NCBI GenBank assembly: GCA_000320545.1
Contig: ADNK01001279.1
Span: 91,456-155,455, forward strand
DNA: 64,000 bases
Direction: 5' to 3'
Source of the DNA: Bigelowiella natans CCMP2755
Taxonomy: Eukaryota > Protista > Cercozoa
A program made the position numbers and the translations under genes. The notes beneath the pieces are model-generated. The model did no database searches and was not told where the DNA came from. It worked only from the letters and a program-made list of their open reading frames with translations. Below are positions 36,700 to 49,945 of the stretch, in pieces; position 1 is the stretch's first letter, and every line of letters starts with the position of its first letter.

Positions 36700-39050
36700 A
36701 TCGAACTCATGTGAGTTTAAGTGCGCACATCATGTGCGCTTGTGTTGTCACTGGCCGCCGTTGATCAGCATAGGTGACGATGCCAAAATGAATCTAGAAA
36801 TCACCGCGGATGTCTAGAAATTGTGTCTAAATGTGTTTGTCTAGTTGTGGGCATGTATGCGCTGCTCAATGTTCCAGTCATTGTTCGCGTTGTCATCACA
36901 TGTACCCCCCCACGCATCAACACGTCGAGATTCTGAACGTGCAGCTTCCGTCAAACACCTAGCGCAAGAACCCTAGAGAGCACTGAAGAATGTATCAATT
37001 AGTTCCATGTTGGAGACAAAGTCACAATCATTCGAGAGCTCCGTCACAATTGATTTTCATTCATGCATGCTGCACGTTGGACACTCTCCAGACTCCAGTT
37101 AGCTAGCACTGCTGGACTAGGCAATGTGTAAGCTAGCAAGGCTAGAAGGTTCTGCAAAAGTTGTTGGCATTTTGCATTGTTGCGATGTGAAGCCTCGCAA
37201 TGTCATGCATGCTGGCTAGCTGGCCTGTCTCCAACTTTTTTTCTGACATGCAGATTCCATTGTCGCAATTTTGAAACGTCCACAGAAATGGTTCAGGCCT
37301 GTCACTAGATCGCATTCTTTGTGTCTGTTGTGCTTATCCAAAGATTTTTCTTTGTCATCTCTCTGATTGTTCACAGTTGCAATGATGTTGCACGATTCTT
37401 GAATGGAGACAACAGATTTGTCATGTCCCTCACTTGCAATCGAGCCCTCTCATTGTTGTTGAAATCTTCCACACATGGTCCTCTGATTCAGCACAACAGC
37501 CTAGCTAGGGGGGGATCATTGCGATAATGATGACTGGGGTGTTCATTTTTCAGCAAAGTGGAGCCCTTTTCGTCATCTTGAAACCCCTTTCCCCTTCATT
37601 CGCACACACAAATGGTGGAAAGAACTTGAGATTTGGCATTGTTGCTCACGCGATTGTTGACAACAGTGGGGGAAGAAGCTGTGGCTAGGAAGGGGGGTTG
37701 TGTCAGTGGCGGCAGCGCAGAAACATCACCAAAAGTGATTTGTCGCTTGAAAAAAGACTCAAGCGTTTGCATCTCAGCACAAATCTCAAGTTCAGCAAGA
37801 ATGGTCTCCACGTGGAACATCAAGTGACAACGTGAACAATCCCAAACAAGAAAGTGCATCCTGTGCCTGAAGCTGCTCAAAACCTGTCACAGGGATGAAG
37901 GCACACACCAAACTAGCAAATGCGAGTTGAGGCTGCATCCTGGCTACATCACCGTCATGCGACATGGATTCCTTTGAGAACAATGAGAATCAACACATTT
38001 GTGCATGGAACACAGGGAGTTTGGTGGCCACATGGCAAACGACAGATTTCACGTGACTAGCTAGCTAGATCTAGAGATGAAAACGACATGCCAGCATGTT
38101 CGGACCAAAATGGACGAAAAAATGTTGAAAAATGAGAGGATTCACATTTGTCACACCTTTCTTGACGGCATGGGGATCACACGTGTGCCAGTGTGGCCTG
38201 CACGTCCACACGCAGATGTGTGCACGATGCATTTTGTTGACAACCAATGATCTCCACTCTTTTGATTCTTTCATTCAAGTTTCTTCATCTCTCTCTCTGA
38301 TTCTCTCACTTTGCTCCCACTCTCTGCCCCCCCCCCTAGCCCCCCCCCCCCGAGCTCGTCATTTCAAGTGTAGTCTTGCTGTCACGGAGTCGAACTTGAG
38401 CAAAACAACACGTGAACTGTGCGGTTTGATCCGGCCTGTCTCGTGGCTGTCAGTGGCTGAAGACGAATTGACGCCGATCTTTGCTGCAATCTGTCCCTCA
38501 TTGTGAACGATGAAGACAGCTCCCAGATCTAGGACACTAGCTAGCTAGCTAAATGGCTAGGTCACAATGATCTAGTGATGGTTTTTCCGTCAGCAAGCCC
38601 AGCTAGCCTGTGAAAAAGTGGCGGAAGATGCAATGATCGTCCATCTTCCCCATCTGTCTGCAATGGAGCCCGTTGCCAATGAGCACAAAATGTCAATTCA
38701 TCATTCGGTTCACGCGGAGATTGCCCTAGCTGTCTAGCTGTAGCTAGCTGCTAGTGCCGAAATTCTGTGTGAAAAGGGAAAGCTAGAAAGGGGTGTTTGA
38801 GGAGGTGGCACGCACGGTGTTCCTTCATTGACAGCCCTTGCGCTAGCTGTGGCTGTTGACACTGCACACAAGATGCATCACGCACATCAGATATCTAGAC
38901 ATCACTAGATCATGCTGCAGCGGAGACAATGACTCAAACCCTCAGCATGCGTCGTCTCTCCACACTAGCACAACAGAGGAGATCAGAACACCACGTGCCT
39001 TGCTGCATGTGTGCACGCTAGCACGCGCAACGCCAAATAACGAATTTCGT
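36700..39050 (-). mobile_element. Degenerate LINE-like relic (ORF1-like and APE-endonuclease-like remnants), TpA-depleted and CTAG-rich
   Basis: Minus strand ~38370-38530 reads 'IAAKIGVNSSSATDSHETGRIKPHSSRVVLLKFDSVTAR', resembling the LINE ORF1 'R.G...PR.vlvkF.s' motif. About 37720-37750 reads 'QITFGDVSA', resembling the APE 'GDFNA' motif. TA is nearly absent outside CTAG. Confidence 0.45.
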
Positions 39051-39284
39051 GCGTTCGACCGAAGAATGTGATCAATCACTTAAATACACTGTGCATGTGG
39101 TCAATCACTAGACTGCATGAAACACACCATGCTTTCTGTCACCATTCACAATGAAAACGATCTACACGAGGCAGTAGGACCACGCAAAGATAAAGCTGTA
39201 CAGCACGATGCAATCAAACTATTTTTGACTGTCTGTAGGCAACCGAATGTAATGTCATTTTCATCCAAATTCTTTTCTGCAGAA

Positions 39285-41123
39285 TCATTTTTTCAACAGG
39301 GTGTCAATGACCGCTTGGCACTGCCCATTGTTGATTTCAAGCAAGGCCCTGTTTCGTTTTGTTTGCAGAAACCCCATGTTCGCCAACACTTGCAGTTGGT
39401 CGTGATACTTTTCACATGGATGAACTTGGTCAAGGGTTTGAAAATACAACCGGGCTGATCCGCCATTTTCACTCAGCCAAGTCTTTTGCACTGTTTCCCT
39501 ATCAAAGGTTTGGATCCAGATGTCATTTATGCGTACAAGTCGATCTCCATGGCGGAGAGTTGGATGAGCAGACTTGTTCCATCCATGCTTAAAAAACTTG
39601 ATTGAGGGAATTCCTTCGTCAAATTTCCATTTTATATGATTTCCTTTACCGACTACTAAAATTGTATCGGTTTGAGATTCTACCCCACTTTTGATGGCCT
39701 CCCCCTTCTCTTCGCTTCCCATTTTCGTGTCTGGAAGGGATTGCAGGGGTAACAGTGACTTTGAAGGCGGGCGACACACTTCGTGGGAGTCACGTACGTT
39801 GTCTCTCTCCATCTTACATTTCTTTTCTACACGGTGGACTTCATCATCATGAGTCTTTGGGGAGATCTCATCATCTTTCTTCTCATGGAATTCATCATGA
39901 ATGCGATTATAATCTTTGGATCCATCTAAGGCTGAAGCCATGACAAGCAAGGTTTCCGAGAGGGAAGTAATGTTACTCACAAATATTTGTTGCAGTACGG
40001 CAAAATGAGGAAGAACGGCTTGGTAAAATGGATGATTCACCAACTCAGGGTCTTCACTAGCCTTCTCACGAATAAATTGAAGGCACTCAGCGCCACGACC
40101 AGATGTGGTTAAATTCATAATCTTCTCCATATTCTTTGCAAGGACTTTCGAAAAGGACTTTGACCGAAGAAAACTTGCACCTAGACTCCTAACGTTCCCA
40201 ACTGCGAATTCCTCTGACTTGGCCTCCTCTGATTTTGATGAAGAATCTTGTCCTAAATCTTTTAATTTGTCTGAATGTTTAACTTCAGTTGTTACCAAAT
40301 CTTCACTATCATGTATAATCTGGTTTTCAGGGTCCGTACTTAAAAATTCTGTCATCACTTCTTCGATTTGGGAATCCACGAATTCTGTGATTGCCTCATT
40401 TAGATCATCCGAATCTTCGCGCTTCATTTTTGAAAGAATCTCGATTCGTGGGACTTTATCGACTTGAGAGTCAACTGAATCTTTGATAGCATCATTTGCA
40501 AGGCTCACGGTGGAATCAACCTTCACTTCATCTCTTGAGTCTTCCTTTACCTTTTCAGGGATCACGATTCGTGGAGTTTGATCGAAAGAGGAAGACGTAA
40601 GTTCTACGGGTGTAACTACGTCGACGATAACTGTTCCCCAGTCGGTGGTCTCCTGCTCCTTCTCATCCTTGACTACTTCAAAGGATGATGCCTGAGTTTT
40701 CTCTTCAATCAAGCTTGCAGCTTCATCTCTTGCTGGTTCGGCCAGTAAAAGATCGTCACTGTTATAAGATATAACGCTTTGTACTAATACATCCTCAGGT
40801 GCCGCTTCCTTTTGCTCGTCTTCTTGAGGGTCAAAAATGTGTTCAAGATGTATCTTGAGAACTGATTCACTTTTCACAGTTGAGAAAGCATACGCTAATT
40901 CTTCTGCAGACTCGATGGTAACCAAGTCACCTTCATCGTCCTTGTATTTCAACCGTACTGAGGAAGCTGCTTCTCCAGCCTTGTTATCCTCATTAGAGCC
41001 CAGATTCGAAACCTTCCTTAACAGTTCCACGTACGAATTTTTGTCCGGTCCTGAAATCCCTTCCAATCGGATCCTACGAATATCACCGTTTGGAAGAGCA
41101 AGCTTGATCGTCTTGGCATCCAT
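39285..41123 (-). CDS. PB1-domain ... UBA-domain protein (p62/NBR1-like selective autophagy receptor), intronless
   Basis: N-terminal PB1 (IKLALPNGDIRRIRL...LKYKDDEGDLVTIESAEELAYAF) and C-terminal UBA (YHDQLQVLANMGFLQTKRNRALLEINNGQCQAVIDTLL). LIR-like motifs (SSFEVV, DWGTV) and a PDZ-like segment lie before the UBA. Confidence 0.88.
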   Translation of the reverse strand: MDAKTIKLALPNGDIRRIRLEGISGPDKNSYVELLRKVSNLGSNEDNKAGEAASSVRLKYKDDEGDLVTIESAEELAYAFSTVKSESVLKIHLEHIFDPQEDEQKEAAPEDVLVQSVISYNSDDLLLAEPARDEAASLIEEKTQASSFEVVKDEKEQETTDWGTVIVDVVTPVELTSSSFDQTPRIVIPEKVKEDSRDEVKVDSTVSLANDAIKDSVDSQVDKVPRIEILSKMKREDSDDLNEAITEFVDSQIEEVMTEFLSTDPENQIIHDSEDLVTTEVKHSDKLKDLGQDSSSKSEEAKSEEFAVGNVRSLGASFLRSKSFSKVLAKNMEKIMNLTTSGRGAECLQFIREKASEDPELVNHPFYQAVLPHFAVLQQIFVSNITSLSETLLVMASALDGSKDYNRIHDEFHEKKDDEISPKTHDDEVHRVEKKCKMERDNVRDSHEVCRPPSKSLLPLQSLPDTKMGSEEKGEAIKSGVESQTDTILVVGKGNHIKWKFDEGIPSIKFFKHGWNKSAHPTLRHGDRLVRINDIWIQTFDRETVQKTWLSENGGSARLYFQTLDQVHPCEKYHDQLQVLANMGFLQTKRNRALLEINNGQCQAVIDTLLKK

Positions 41124-41992
41124 GGGGGGCTGTCTGATCGGGTCGGCTTTCCCTTCCTTTCACAGTGCTGTGGATTAAGTTTTCAAAGCTGAACAACAAA
41201 GATGGAATACCTTCTAATTAATAATTTTGATGTCTTATAAGTATGTCGTAAATCATATTTATAATGGATCCAATCTTCCTATCAAAAGATCAAAATATCA
41301 TTAGGGCTGATTATTTCAGTTTGATGAAATTAAGTCAACCTGGTTCAGAGCTGTTCGCAGACATTCCCGACTTTGGGGACAGATGCATTGATGGAATGGT
41401 TTTAAGAAAAGAAATACTCGATATTTTGCTATTTTTTATCTGGCAGGATGCAGTAATATTATCTGAAAACCTGAAGTTCAGGGAAGAATTTTCATGGAGC
41501 ACGCTCGTCTGAAAATGTCACGCTATATTTCTTTGTAAAGTTTTCATCTTCCCAACTTTTTGGCATGATTCCAGCACATTATTTATTTATGGAAACATCA
41601 GTAATGTTCCCGGAATTCTATCGGAAAGATAACCACCCACCTCCTTTTAAAGCAAAAGAAAAACAGGTCGTAGATCTACAGGCTGTAGAGTTCCAGTTAC
41701 ATGGTAAAAATCCCGGTGTTACGCATGGTGATACCGGGATTTAATTGTACATGTACTCGAACACAAACACGTTTTCAAGCACCGCTCGGAACACTACTCG
41801 TGTGCGAGAACAACCCCGTGCAATTTCGACTACTTTTGAGGCGATTGTAGTCAAGATCACTCAAAATGGAGCAGCACATTTCCGAGAAATAACGTCACGG
41901 AGCTGTCGTTCCGTCGTTCCGCGTTTAAGTTGTTGCACACGCTCTCATAGATTCAAACAGCAGCTAGCTGCCCCATTGCTTAACTCGTATTC

Positions 41993-42452
41993 ATGGAGGA
42001 TTCCGTTGCCACCAGCTCCAAAGTCTCTACTACGGAAACTAAAAACAATGCGCAGAGAGGATCTCTGCTCATCGCATATCTCAGCGTATTCATTGACATG
42101 CTGGGTACTGTTTTGAGAAGATGATGTTAGGTGCTTCTCCGAAATTGTTTTCGTATAATTGATTATGTTTTTTACTGCAGGTTTGAGTTTGATAATCCCT
42201 ATCATACCGTTCCTCGCAATTCGATTTGGGGCTAATGCCGCATCCTTGGGGTAGACTTTAAGTTTCTTCCAGTATTAGTAGAAAATGACTGTAGTTTTCT
42301 GATCATGGCAGATATATTTATGCATCCTACAATGGTGCACAGATGATCAGCGTGCCCGTGACAGGTAAATGCATTAGTATAATATATTTCATAAGTGGTA
42401 GTCCATAAGCTGACACGTCGATTAATAATTTGTAGAAGTTGCGAAAACATAT

Positions 42453-42522
<70 letters not shown>

Positions 42523-42637
42523 ACACATCTATCATCTTCTACAGGATGGCTAAGTGATAGCTATGGGCGTAAACCGCTCATCATGGTTAGTACAACAGAG
42601 AAAGAAATTCGTCACCGTCATCATCATCAGCAGCAGT

Positions 42638-42671
<34 letters not shown>

Positions 42672-44020
42672 TCATCATCATTTCGATTTTGGCCCTTCTT
42701 CTTCTTTTCACTACAGAAGCGACTAATCACACGGTTGCACATAAATGCACCACCTACTACTACTGCTATTACCGATACCCATCACTACCACCTCATTAAG
42801 CAGCCTTCGAAGAGTATTATCATATATTTGATTATCATATTGTTTCAGGCATCTTTGTTTGGAAGCTTTGCAGGATTTTTAGTCCAAGGAATGGCCACAG
42901 ATATCGTGACATTTTGCATGGGGCGTGTGATTACTGGAATATTTGGAGGATCTGTTCCGATTGTCAACGCTTACATCGTCGATACTGTACCACAGAAACT
43001 CAGACCAAAGTATTTTGCACAGGTTTTACTATGACTACTACTATTACTATTAGTTCAGCTTTGTGTGTAATTGTTATCATAGCATCAGCTTTGTCAATAA
43101 TCTCAGCAGACGACAACCTAAAATGGTGAAAACGATGACCGTGCTCATAATATCAACATTCATTTTAAAGCAAATTATGTTTTATACAATATATCATAAT
43201 ACTTATTTGTAGGCATGTGTATAAATTTTTTATTTGAATAGTTGTGTGATACGAGAATGAACAAATGACAATGATTTATCACCCTTTTTCCATCACCCAT
43301 CCATCCATTAGTTGGGAGCTGTGATTATCGTGGCGTTTATGTTTGGACCAGGTGTGTGTGTATGTGTGACGACGGCAACGATCAGCATTATCATGAATAT
43401 GAGTTGTTTGCTGAGCTCTAGTACATGCATGCATGTATGCATCTCATCGTATCATCAGGTATTGGAGCAGGTCTGGCTCAATTTACTCTTCAAACGCCTA
43501 TGCTAGTTGCATGTGGGATCGCAGGGGTACGTAACATGTCCCTACTTTCTGTCTTGTATGATGTTTTCGTCTTGTCTTTGATGAGATAACAACTATCGTA
43601 TTGCAACCAATCTTATATCTTATGATGATGCTGCAGATGGGATTCGTGGTGGCGGCTCTTAAATTTAAAGAGCCCGAAAAAGTAAAGAAAACTAACAAAA
43701 GGTACGTGGTGTGCTTAGTGCTTCTTAGAGTGTGGCAAAACAGTGGTAGTTGGTAATTGTGGACGGACCACAGCTTAAATCAAGTGTATTACTACAGTTA
43801 TGATCATCATTTGATGATGATAACATCGCCACCAACTGGTACATCGTCGTGATTGATAAATAGAATGATCGCCGACAGTAAGAACAAGAAAGGAGGAGGC
43901 AAACTGGGGAATGATGACGATGATAATTATGACGCTGACGATGCTCAAGAGCTAGGACAACACGGAGGAGGTAATAATATGTGTTATGTATAAATAACAA
44001 TGTAGCAATGATAAATGGTC

Positions 44021-44052
<32 letters not shown>

Positions 44053-44107
44053 AGGTAGTGGTGGTAGTTGTGGGAGGAGCACTTCGTCATCTGGAGATAA
44101 ACAAATG

Positions 44108-44149
<42 letters not shown>

Positions 44150-46027
44150 CGTATGTATTCCATGCAATATTTTATACCATGCAGCAGCACGACTATTACC
44201 TACCAATAAGCGATCTACAATCACTTGTGTGCGGCTGCTGCATTACTTGTTACTCTTACTTCCATATATTCATTCTTCATCTATCTTCAGATGCAGGAGT
44301 CGAGAAAGCAAAGCCGGAGTATCAAGCGCCCATCCTATGCATGTTCTTCATTTCTTTCTGCTTTGCATTAGCATTCTCAGGTGATAATTCCAGAATAGAA
44401 ATATCTATTTATCATTACTATTGCCCTTCCACACTGCTGCTGCTGCCTCCTCCCCCTCCTCCTTTCACCGTTGTTTGATATATTATTCCATGGTTATTTC
44501 TTGTCATCGTGTTGCCAAAAAAAACATCATCATCATCATCATCATCATCATCTGCTGCTGCTGCTGGCATCATATCGTAAAAGGATACCTGTACTTTTCC
44601 GGATTGTTACTCTTCGATCTTTTCGGATGGTAGTAGTAGTTTTTAATATGCAGCAGTTGCTCATTAGTAGCTAGTAATAATAGTATATGCTTTATTTGGA
44701 ACAACAACATCAACAACAACAACAACCTGTCTCTCTTATTTCTTTTCTTTTCTCCCTATTATTATTTATTGTTAAAATGGATGGATTGATGGTGATAATA
44801 AGGGAATCCCTTGAGTTTGGATTTGTGGCAATGGGAGCATCAATTTGGATGGTGATCCACCAGGTTGTGCTATGCTACAACTTGTAAAGTAGAGCTAGGA
44901 ACGATGATTTTGGGATATATTAGTATTCTAAGAGGGTGATGAATGAGAAGGAACCAGACGGTGATTAGCAGCAAGAAATGATAATGATGATGATATTGAT
45001 CAAAGTTCCATTTCAAAGAATGGCATATAACATGCACTCTCCTGGTTTGAAAGAGAGATGGCTGAAGCCATGAGCTAATCATCATGTGGTAATTGCTGAC
45101 AACCATCTTAATGGGATATGATCCTCCTACCATTTATTCATAATATCTCCAGACATCAACGTTTGTAGCGTTTCAGAAGAAGTTTGGCAAACACGCATCA
45201 CTAATGCTAGGAGCTTGCTTCATGGGTCTAGGTCTTTTTGCTATGTCAGCATGGGGTACTAAGAAGTAGTAGTAGTACTCGAAGCAGTTAGTAGCACCAC
45301 AATACTACGACTACTAATAATAATCACCACACACTCGATGATGTAAGATGGAAGAATGAGTGAGACGATTTCATCATATGATGCAAAATTTACATTATTA
45401 TAAAACACATATATTGCATGTATAGCATTAGTTCTCCCACCGCTCCTTCTTCTCCCTGGTTTAGGCGGAGACGTACGCAGTTTTACAGGAGTGCCATTGG
45501 TTGTGCTGAGCGTAGGGACTTTAGCGTTTGGGGTTGCATTCGTGCAGCCTTCCATCACATGTAAGAGGAGAAGAAGAAGAAGAAAGAAGAAGAAGAAGAA
45601 GAATCATTTAGTGTTACTTGGACAAATAATAACTTTAATAACAACAAAGAGCAAGGTGATGGTGGTGGTGGTAGTAAGTAGTACCTAGTACTTAGTACGC
45701 AATAGCAGTGCATCAGAGACGGAGAGTTCTAGCACTTATTGCGTTGGTTGTGATAGTTGTGTAAATTTGTATTTATGTGTTTATTGTGAGTTGTGTTGTT
45801 GATGTTGATATGATTTGCTTACTGGGGTTGATAGATGTCGTTGCTGGTTGATATGCTGCTGTTTGCTGTAATATTTCTATCTATTATTCTTTATTATGTG
45901 CAAGCTATCACAAGTCGATACGCTTTACAATCAGAGCAAGGCTCTGTATTAGGAAAGTAATAATGAGACATGTGATGTGATTTGTATGTTTCTTGAGCTA
46001 ATCGAAGAACAACTACAACAACAGCAG

Positions 46028-46061
<34 letters not shown>

Positions 46062-46533
46062 GAAGACGACTCGATTTACTACTACTGCAACTAACTACTA
46101 GGATAACAAGCTGTATTATCAAATATCTAGTACTTCTCCTTCTTTTCTTCAAGTGTACAACTACTTCTACTGCTATACAAGCGTGTTAAGTATAATAATT
46201 AATATTATTATTATCTGATCAATGTGGGGTGCTACTACTACTTCTACTACTACTGCTAGGTCCCAAGCCATATACTCCTTGGTTGTAATAATAATATGAG
46301 GAATAATCATAATCATGCTGGTTCTGCTGCTGCTGCTGTCGGTGCCGTAGTAGTAGTAGTAGTAGTGGAAGTAGTGCCATATTCTAGATAATAATAATAC
46401 CTTCTCTTCGTTGCTATTATTGTCTTTTGTTGTTACTTATTTATGTGTTTGAGTTTCTATGATGCTACCACTACTACTACTGCTGCTGCTGCTATATCTA
46501 TTGTCATCATCATCCTTTCACATATACAAATTG

Positions 46534-46567
<34 letters not shown>

Positions 46568-46766
46568 GCCACTACTAAAGCAACCAGCACCACTACAACA
46601 AACTAATAAAACGTGCTGCTACTACTGCATTATGAATCCAACAACGACAGGGGAATACCTTAGGGCCTTTGATTTGGGGAGGCGTGTACAGCTACAAATG
46701 GCGTAATACTACAATCATCGAGTGGCATGATACGTTTGATTCATGACCGACTGTCCTGATGATGAC

Positions 46767-46799
<33 letters not shown>

Positions 46800-47254
46800 C
46801 GATCGATCGATCGATCGATCGATAACCTTAGAGATGGTGTACACGTTGGCTGGGAGTCTAGCTTTCTGCATACTTGTTATGGGTCTCAATGTGCTAAGGC
46901 TTAATAGGTGGGGGATCCATCAATGAAGAAGAAGAAGAGATAGAGATAGAGATAGAGAGATAGAAGAGAGCAACAACAATAATAATAATCATCATGTATA
47001 TTGATAAATAAATACCAATGCTCCGTATCATCATTATCCCCCCCCCCCCCTCTCTCTCGTTTTGACACTCACTTCTTCATTGATATGTCACTCAGCTATG
47101 TACTATTGTTAGTCCTTTTCCTTACCTCGTCCTCCTTCTTCCTTCTCATCATTATCATCATCATCATCATCAAATTTGAAACTACACACACTCTTAAGTT
47201 AGTCTCCGTTATAAGGATTTTTCTCTTTTTCTTCTCGAAATCATCGAATGAATA

Positions 47255-47295
<41 letters not shown>

Positions 47296-47640
47296 TGTGT
47301 TATGATATTTTTGTTGTGTAGGCAGTTACCAGAGCACATGAAGATGAAAGACAACTCGGTACTACGTACTACTACTCACTCACCTACTATTCTCGCATGA
47401 TCCTCCTCGCTATTATACACTGATTAGTAATACACAGCCAATAAATTATGCACTACAGGTGCTACTATTCTTCTTCATAATAACAAACTGTTGAGAAATG
47501 ATGATGTGTTGGCTGGTTGTTACAGGGAGATGATACATCATCGATGAAGTACCTTGACCCTGATAGTAAGCAGCAGCACCAGCAAGACCTTCAAGTATGT
47601 ACTATTACCACCACTAGCTGAACGATGGGGATATTTATAG

Positions 47641-47683
<43 letters not shown>

Positions 47684-48202
47684 ACATATATGTTGTTCTG
47701 TTCCTTTTATATCATCAGTCTATGGAAATGGCCGATATGAAGAACGTGGATGATACGGTAGCAAGGACTTACTTATAATAATCGTGCACTAGTTCTGTTG
47801 TTCTTCCTTACCACCAAATATACTACGAATATATAGGCTGTAAGTAGTGCAGAGGCAGAGGCTGCTTCACTTCGCAGAGAGAATATAATCCTCAAGTCAA
47901 AAGTAAGAATATTCTCTCTCTCGCTCTCCCTCCTGTTTTTTCCCAGAAAGGATAGCAAAGCATTGAGATAAAGATCTCTTCTGTGCCATTTTAACGCTCA
48001 TATAAACATAATATATCATTGGAGCATGGATGGCTGATATAAGTTGTTACACATAATTGTAGTTGAAGCAATATGCCGCAACAGCTGCTGATGGACAGGT
48101 ACTAGTACTAGTAGTACTTCTACAACTAGTAGAAGTAGTAGTAGCTTACACTCTTCTAGTAGTAGTTTACACTCTTCTTCTCTATGCATCACCACCACCA
48201 CT

Positions 48203-48249
<47 letters not shown>

Positions 48250-48370
48250 ATAGCTTGTCGATGGTGAGTGAGTGGGTTAGTTAATGTATGCTACTCAACA
48301 GATAATTGACGACGAAGATGTGAATGAAGCCCTTCAAGCAGCTGTGGATCCATCTGCGGCGAGATATTGA
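41993..48370 (+). CDS. MFS transporter, DHA1/TetA-like, many exons
   Basis: Exons: LIAYLSVFIDMLG|LSLIIPIIPFLAIRFGA; motif A GWLSDSYGRKPLIM; CMGRVITGIFGGSVPIVNAYIVDT; motif C-like LGAVIIVAFMFGPG|IGAGLA; LVVLSVGTLAFGVAFVQPSIT. The last exon is IIDDEDVNEALQAAVDPSAARY*. Confidence 0.88.
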
Positions 48371-48545
48371 GGAAGTAGCAGCTCACTCTCGGTATTAGTA
48401 CATCTGGCAATTAAAGTTATTAGCAGCAGCTAGGGGATGGATGCTTTGTTGGATTAGCAGTAGTAGTTTGTGGTATGCATCTTCACTTCATTATTCAATA
48501 TAGCATTCACTTCCTCCTCTGCCCCTTCCTCTTCGTTATTGTAAG

Positions 48546-48604
48546 TCGGATGTAATTACTCAGTTATACAATTAAATTTGTTCAATGGACATCCTTTTGT
48601 AGCT
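48546..48604 (-). repeat. Diverged copy of the ~60-bp dispersed motif
   Basis: The reverse complement reads AGCTACAAAAGGATGTCCATTGAACAAATTTAATT...ATTACATCCGA. Confidence 0.55.
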
Positions 48605-49110
48605 ATAATGCGATATGTTGTCTCACATTGCCTCCTACTTCGCATGCGCATGGGTGCATTTTTCAAGTTCAACGTTCATTTGTTACTTTGTCTATTCTAG
48701 TATTTGCTACGCATTGAAAATCACAACAATTTGCACGTACTGAAACTCATAGCTGGATGGCGTATAATCGCACACACATGCATCTACGATGTAGACATGC
48801 CTGGCATGCCATGTGCAACGAGCAATCTGACAGTAACATCGATGCACTGCTAGCTCCTACTGTTCTGTATGTGATTACACACAATCGATACTATGGTAGG
48901 CAATGCCATGTCTAGATCTATGCCACACGCACACGCACGAGTACATTACGTTCATCATGTCTGCTAGATATGGCGTTGTAGTTCAGGATGCATGCATTTC
49001 AATTGACAATGCTTAGAATGACTAGATGAATGAAGCATGGAGATATTAGATTTCACGCCTTAATTTATAAATGCAGAGTAAAATCCTATAGATGATATTA
49101 GTCTTCTTAT

Positions 49111-49626
49111 TCATGACGCCCCCTCATCTTCGTTTTGCTGTTTATAGTATGAGGGAACATTCCATTTTTTGGTTGGTAGCGTTTCTATCTCCTCTTTAGA
49201 TATCTTTCCTTCCTTAAGGAGTTCTTTTGCTATTGAGTAGTCGAGGGGAAGGTGGTTTCTAAGGTAACTTCTTTGTTGTTCTTCTGTTTTGAGTTCCTTA
49301 ACACCGGTGAATGGTTCCATAACTCTGATTCTCCTGGATTGTTTGATAGGTGTCCATCTAATCATGTCCTCGTCTGCCTTGAACGACTTATCCACCTCCT
49401 TCAGTACTGAAGGTGAGCTTTGCACCCGAAATTTGAAGAAATTCCCATAGTAGTTGTATTTAGTGTGTGCTCGCATTCTATATGGGAGGGGTCGTGGCCC
49501 CAAGTTATCTATTCCTCGCACAAGCCCACCACTTCGCAACACAATGCCTGATGCTTTCTTGAAAATTCGAGAATATGTCTCAGATCCCGCCACCTTAGCG
49601 ATACATAGAATATCGTATGCAGGCAT
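49111..49626 (-). CDS. MRPS6: Mitochondrial ribosomal protein S6 (bS6m)
   Basis: MPAYDILCI...GGLVRGIDNLGPRPLPYRMRAH...YYGNFF...DEDMIRW is the bS6 family signature. Intronless. Confidence 0.9.
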   Translation of the reverse strand: MPAYDILCIAKVAGSETYSRIFKKASGIVLRSGGLVRGIDNLGPRPLPYRMRAHTKYNYYGNFFKFRVQSSPSVLKEVDKSFKADEDMIRWTPIKQSRRIRVMEPFTGVKELKTEEQQRSYLRNHLPLDYSIAKELLKEGKISKEEIETLPTKKWNVPSYYKQQNEDEGAS

Positions 49627-49945
49627 TGGCTTATAAAAATGCTATGCTTCTCGCTCCGCTTTTCTATGTAGTCCACGAGAGGGGGGTGGGCCTGCTTGCA
49701 CGGAGTTTCCAGTTGTTATTAACGTAAGCCGTCCATTTCTTTATTGCGACATGCTATGAAACGAGAACGCACTAGGTAAACTGCTGTAATATATATTGTC
49801 GCAAAAGAGCAACGGCATAGTAATACAGTATTTTCCAGAGCTAAATGCTGCTGAGATATGTCTGAATTTCTTCTCTGCCACCGGTGCCCCTCTCAAAATG
49901 CTCACAACCGAGCCTAGAAGCTTCTACTTTGGGGGTTGAGCGATA

